From the sequence record DRR723986_14227: 46,199 nt of DNA; one strand, written 5' to 3'. Every line of letters starts with the position of its first letter. The first letter of the stretch is position 1. The position numbers were made by a program, and so were the translations under genes. The notes under the pieces were generated by a model. That model was not told the DNA's origin. It did not search any database and was given only the letters and a program-made list of their open reading frames with translations. Shown here piece after piece: positions 44,466 through 46,199 of the stretch.

Positions 44466-45710
44466 CTACGCGTCGGTGCTTGCCATCTTGGCTTCGTTGA
44501 CTGCCGGCTCCATCTCTTCAAAGATTCCACCTGCACCGTCGTAGAAGATGCGTCCAATCAGCAGGTCGGTCAGGTTTCCCTGGAACTGTGGGTTGTTCTT
44601 GATGAAACCGCCGAAGCTAAATTCCTTCGTGTAGAAAGCTTCGACAAGCTTTCGTATCAATTGCGAACCCTGTTTGAAGCCATCGCACCAACTGGATAAT
44701 TGCTGTTGCGAAGTATCATCTTGCTTGAGCCCATCGATGACGGCGTCAGCAGCGCGTTCGCCCATGACAAGTGCGAAGTACACGCCAGAGGAGTATAACG
44801 GATCGATGAATCCAAACGCGTCGCCGATCAGTACCCAACCATCGCCAGCATGTTGACGGGTCCAGTAGGAGTATTCTTTGGCGACGTGAATCTTGTCAAC
44901 TCGCTCCGCATTCTCAAGTCGACTTTGTAGGCCCGGGCAACGCTGCAGTTCGAGGTTGTAGCGAGCCTCTTTCTCCAGGCCGCTTTTGAGCATGTAATCG
45001 CTATCGCCGACGCAGCCAATACTCGTCACACCATCGGACAGAGGAATGAACCAGAACCAACTGTCTTTTTCGGTGGTGTGCATGATGATCGTTGCGCCAC
45101 CATTGTCTCCTTCGTCGCGAACGGCTCCCTTATAGTAACTCCAGATCGCGGCTTTCTTCAGGTCGGGAATGTCCTCTCGCAAGCCAAGTTTGTTTGCTAT
45201 GAATGATTGTTGACCCGATCCATCCATGACAACCTTGGCGGAAACCTCGCGGGTCTCACCGTCGGCGGTTCGGAGTCGCACGCCCGTTGCTCGATTATTG
45301 TCATCGAACAAAACATCTAAGACTCGCGTCGAATCGTAGCAGTCCGCGCCGAGTTCTGACGCCCTTTCGAACAGCATGTGGTCAAAATCGGCTCGCTCAA
45401 CCTGCCATGTTGTGCTGCTCTCGCGGGGGTCGTGCTCTTCGAAGTAAAACGGTGCCGACTCCTTGCCGCTAGCCGTTACGAATTGAACGCTTTTCTTGCG
45501 AGTGAATTTACTCGACTTCATTTTGTCGATAACACCCAACCGCTCCAGGGGCCAGTAACACTCCGGCATCAACGACTCGCCGACGTGAAATCTTGGCATG
45601 GATTCCCGTTCCAGAAGCAGAGTCGAATGACCAGCTTCAGCGACCAATCCGGCGGACATGCAGCCAGCAGGCCCACCGCCGATGACGATAACTTCGTATT
45701 CGTTATTCAT
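44466..45710 (-). CDS. FAD-dependent oxidoreductase, flavin-dependent halogenase-like
   Basis: GGGPAG, PRFHVGESL, FTRKKS, QVERADFD, WFWFIPL (WxWxIP) and GDAFGFIDPLYSSG. Confidence 0.85.
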   Translation of the reverse strand: MNNEYEVIVIGGGPAGCMSAGLVAEAGHSTLLLERESMPRFHVGESLMPECYWPLERLGVIDKMKSSKFTRKKSVQFVTASGKESAPFYFEEHDPRESSTTWQVERADFDHMLFERASELGADCYDSTRVLDVLFDDNNRATGVRLRTADGETREVSAKVVMDGSGQQSFIANKLGLREDIPDLKKAAIWSYYKGAVRDEGDNGGATIIMHTTEKDSWFWFIPLSDGVTSIGCVGDSDYMLKSGLEKEARYNLELQRCPGLQSRLENAERVDKIHVAKEYSYWTRQHAGDGWVLIGDAFGFIDPLYSSGVYFALVMGERAADAVIDGLKQDDTSQQQLSSWCDGFKQGSQLIRKLVEAFYTKEFSFGGFIKNNPQFQGNLTDLLIGRIFYDGAGGIFEEMEPAVNEAKMASTDA

Positions 45711-46169
45711 GGATATTTGTCGGGTTGAACTCGGTTGCAGGAACTATTGCGTAGCCATCTGGGCTTGATACGAGACTCGATAATAGTCGTCGGTATCGAA
45801 GCGCATCCATTGTAAACCGCAGCCAGCGGACAATGTTTCACAATAATTATCGTGCCTGATAAACCCCCTATAACGATTCAAACGCACGTGCAGCGTTTCT
45901 AAGCCTATTTAAGCCCGCTATTCATTGGGTTCACCCGTCATACGTCCGTGCGGATCGCCCTGGACCACGGGGAAAAGCGGCTGGCAACGTCAGCGCAAAT
46001 GTCTTCTGCGGACTGCCGTTGGCGGGTTGAAGTCCCGTAGAAGCAGTAAGTCCCTGTCAGATAGGGACTTCCGGGCTGCGAAGGGTGTAAGAGTGGCACC
46101 AGAGGCAGCGCGACCTATAAGCCACCGCGCTGGACTACGGCACAAAGTGATCGCCCTTGGCTGGCTGCA

Positions 46170-46199
46170 CAGGGTCACTGCTTCAGGGTCACTGCTTCA
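46170..46199. repeat. 14-bp tandem repeat CAGGGTCACTGCTT running off the window end
   Basis: Two exact copies plus the CA that starts a third, at the last bases of the window. Confidence 0.75.

Noticed and set aside
1-46199. Prophage, integrase, IS element, tRNA or rRNA
   Set aside because: No recognisable recombinase, transposase or phage motifs in any ORF, and no cloverleaf or rRNA-like segment seen by eye. tRNAscan/Infernal were not run.

Overview
Core-genome window of a Planctomycetota bacterium, probably Pirellulaceae. The assignment rests on the DUF1559 prepilin-like gene, double DUF1080 protein, SHD1 domain and Planctomycete-type ECF sigma factor. It holds about 39 protein genes. I recognised no rRNA, tRNA, CRISPR array, integrase or transposase. 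Housekeeping content: apbC/mrp, hrpA, a radical SAM enzyme, scpB-ccsA-hemA, a cysteine desulfurase, a truncated DnaA-like gene, dnaN, a deoxyhypusine-synthase-like gene and htrA. The best candidates for undescribed biology are: (1) a type IV filament (T4P/T2SS/MSH-like) operon with a receiver, histidine kinase and STAS module inserted between the pilin and an MshEN-bearing ATPase, divergent from an HD-GYP phosphodiesterase, with an orphan secretin 21 kb away; (2) a 526-aa protein that by motif reading looks like a SLOG/DprA-fold sensor fused to an AbiGi/DUF2971-like ART-fold domain; (3) an ScpB whose Asp/Glu-Trp tail has its own in-frame Shine-Dalgarno and ATG; (4) a dnaA-dnaN spacer with duplicated composite REP units, degenerate DnaA boxes and a 10-7-10 palindrome that recurs at the window end; (5) an unannotated 30-aa membrane protein; (6) a stand-alone flavin-dependent halogenase-like gene. 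All family calls come from motif reading by eye. No database searches were run.
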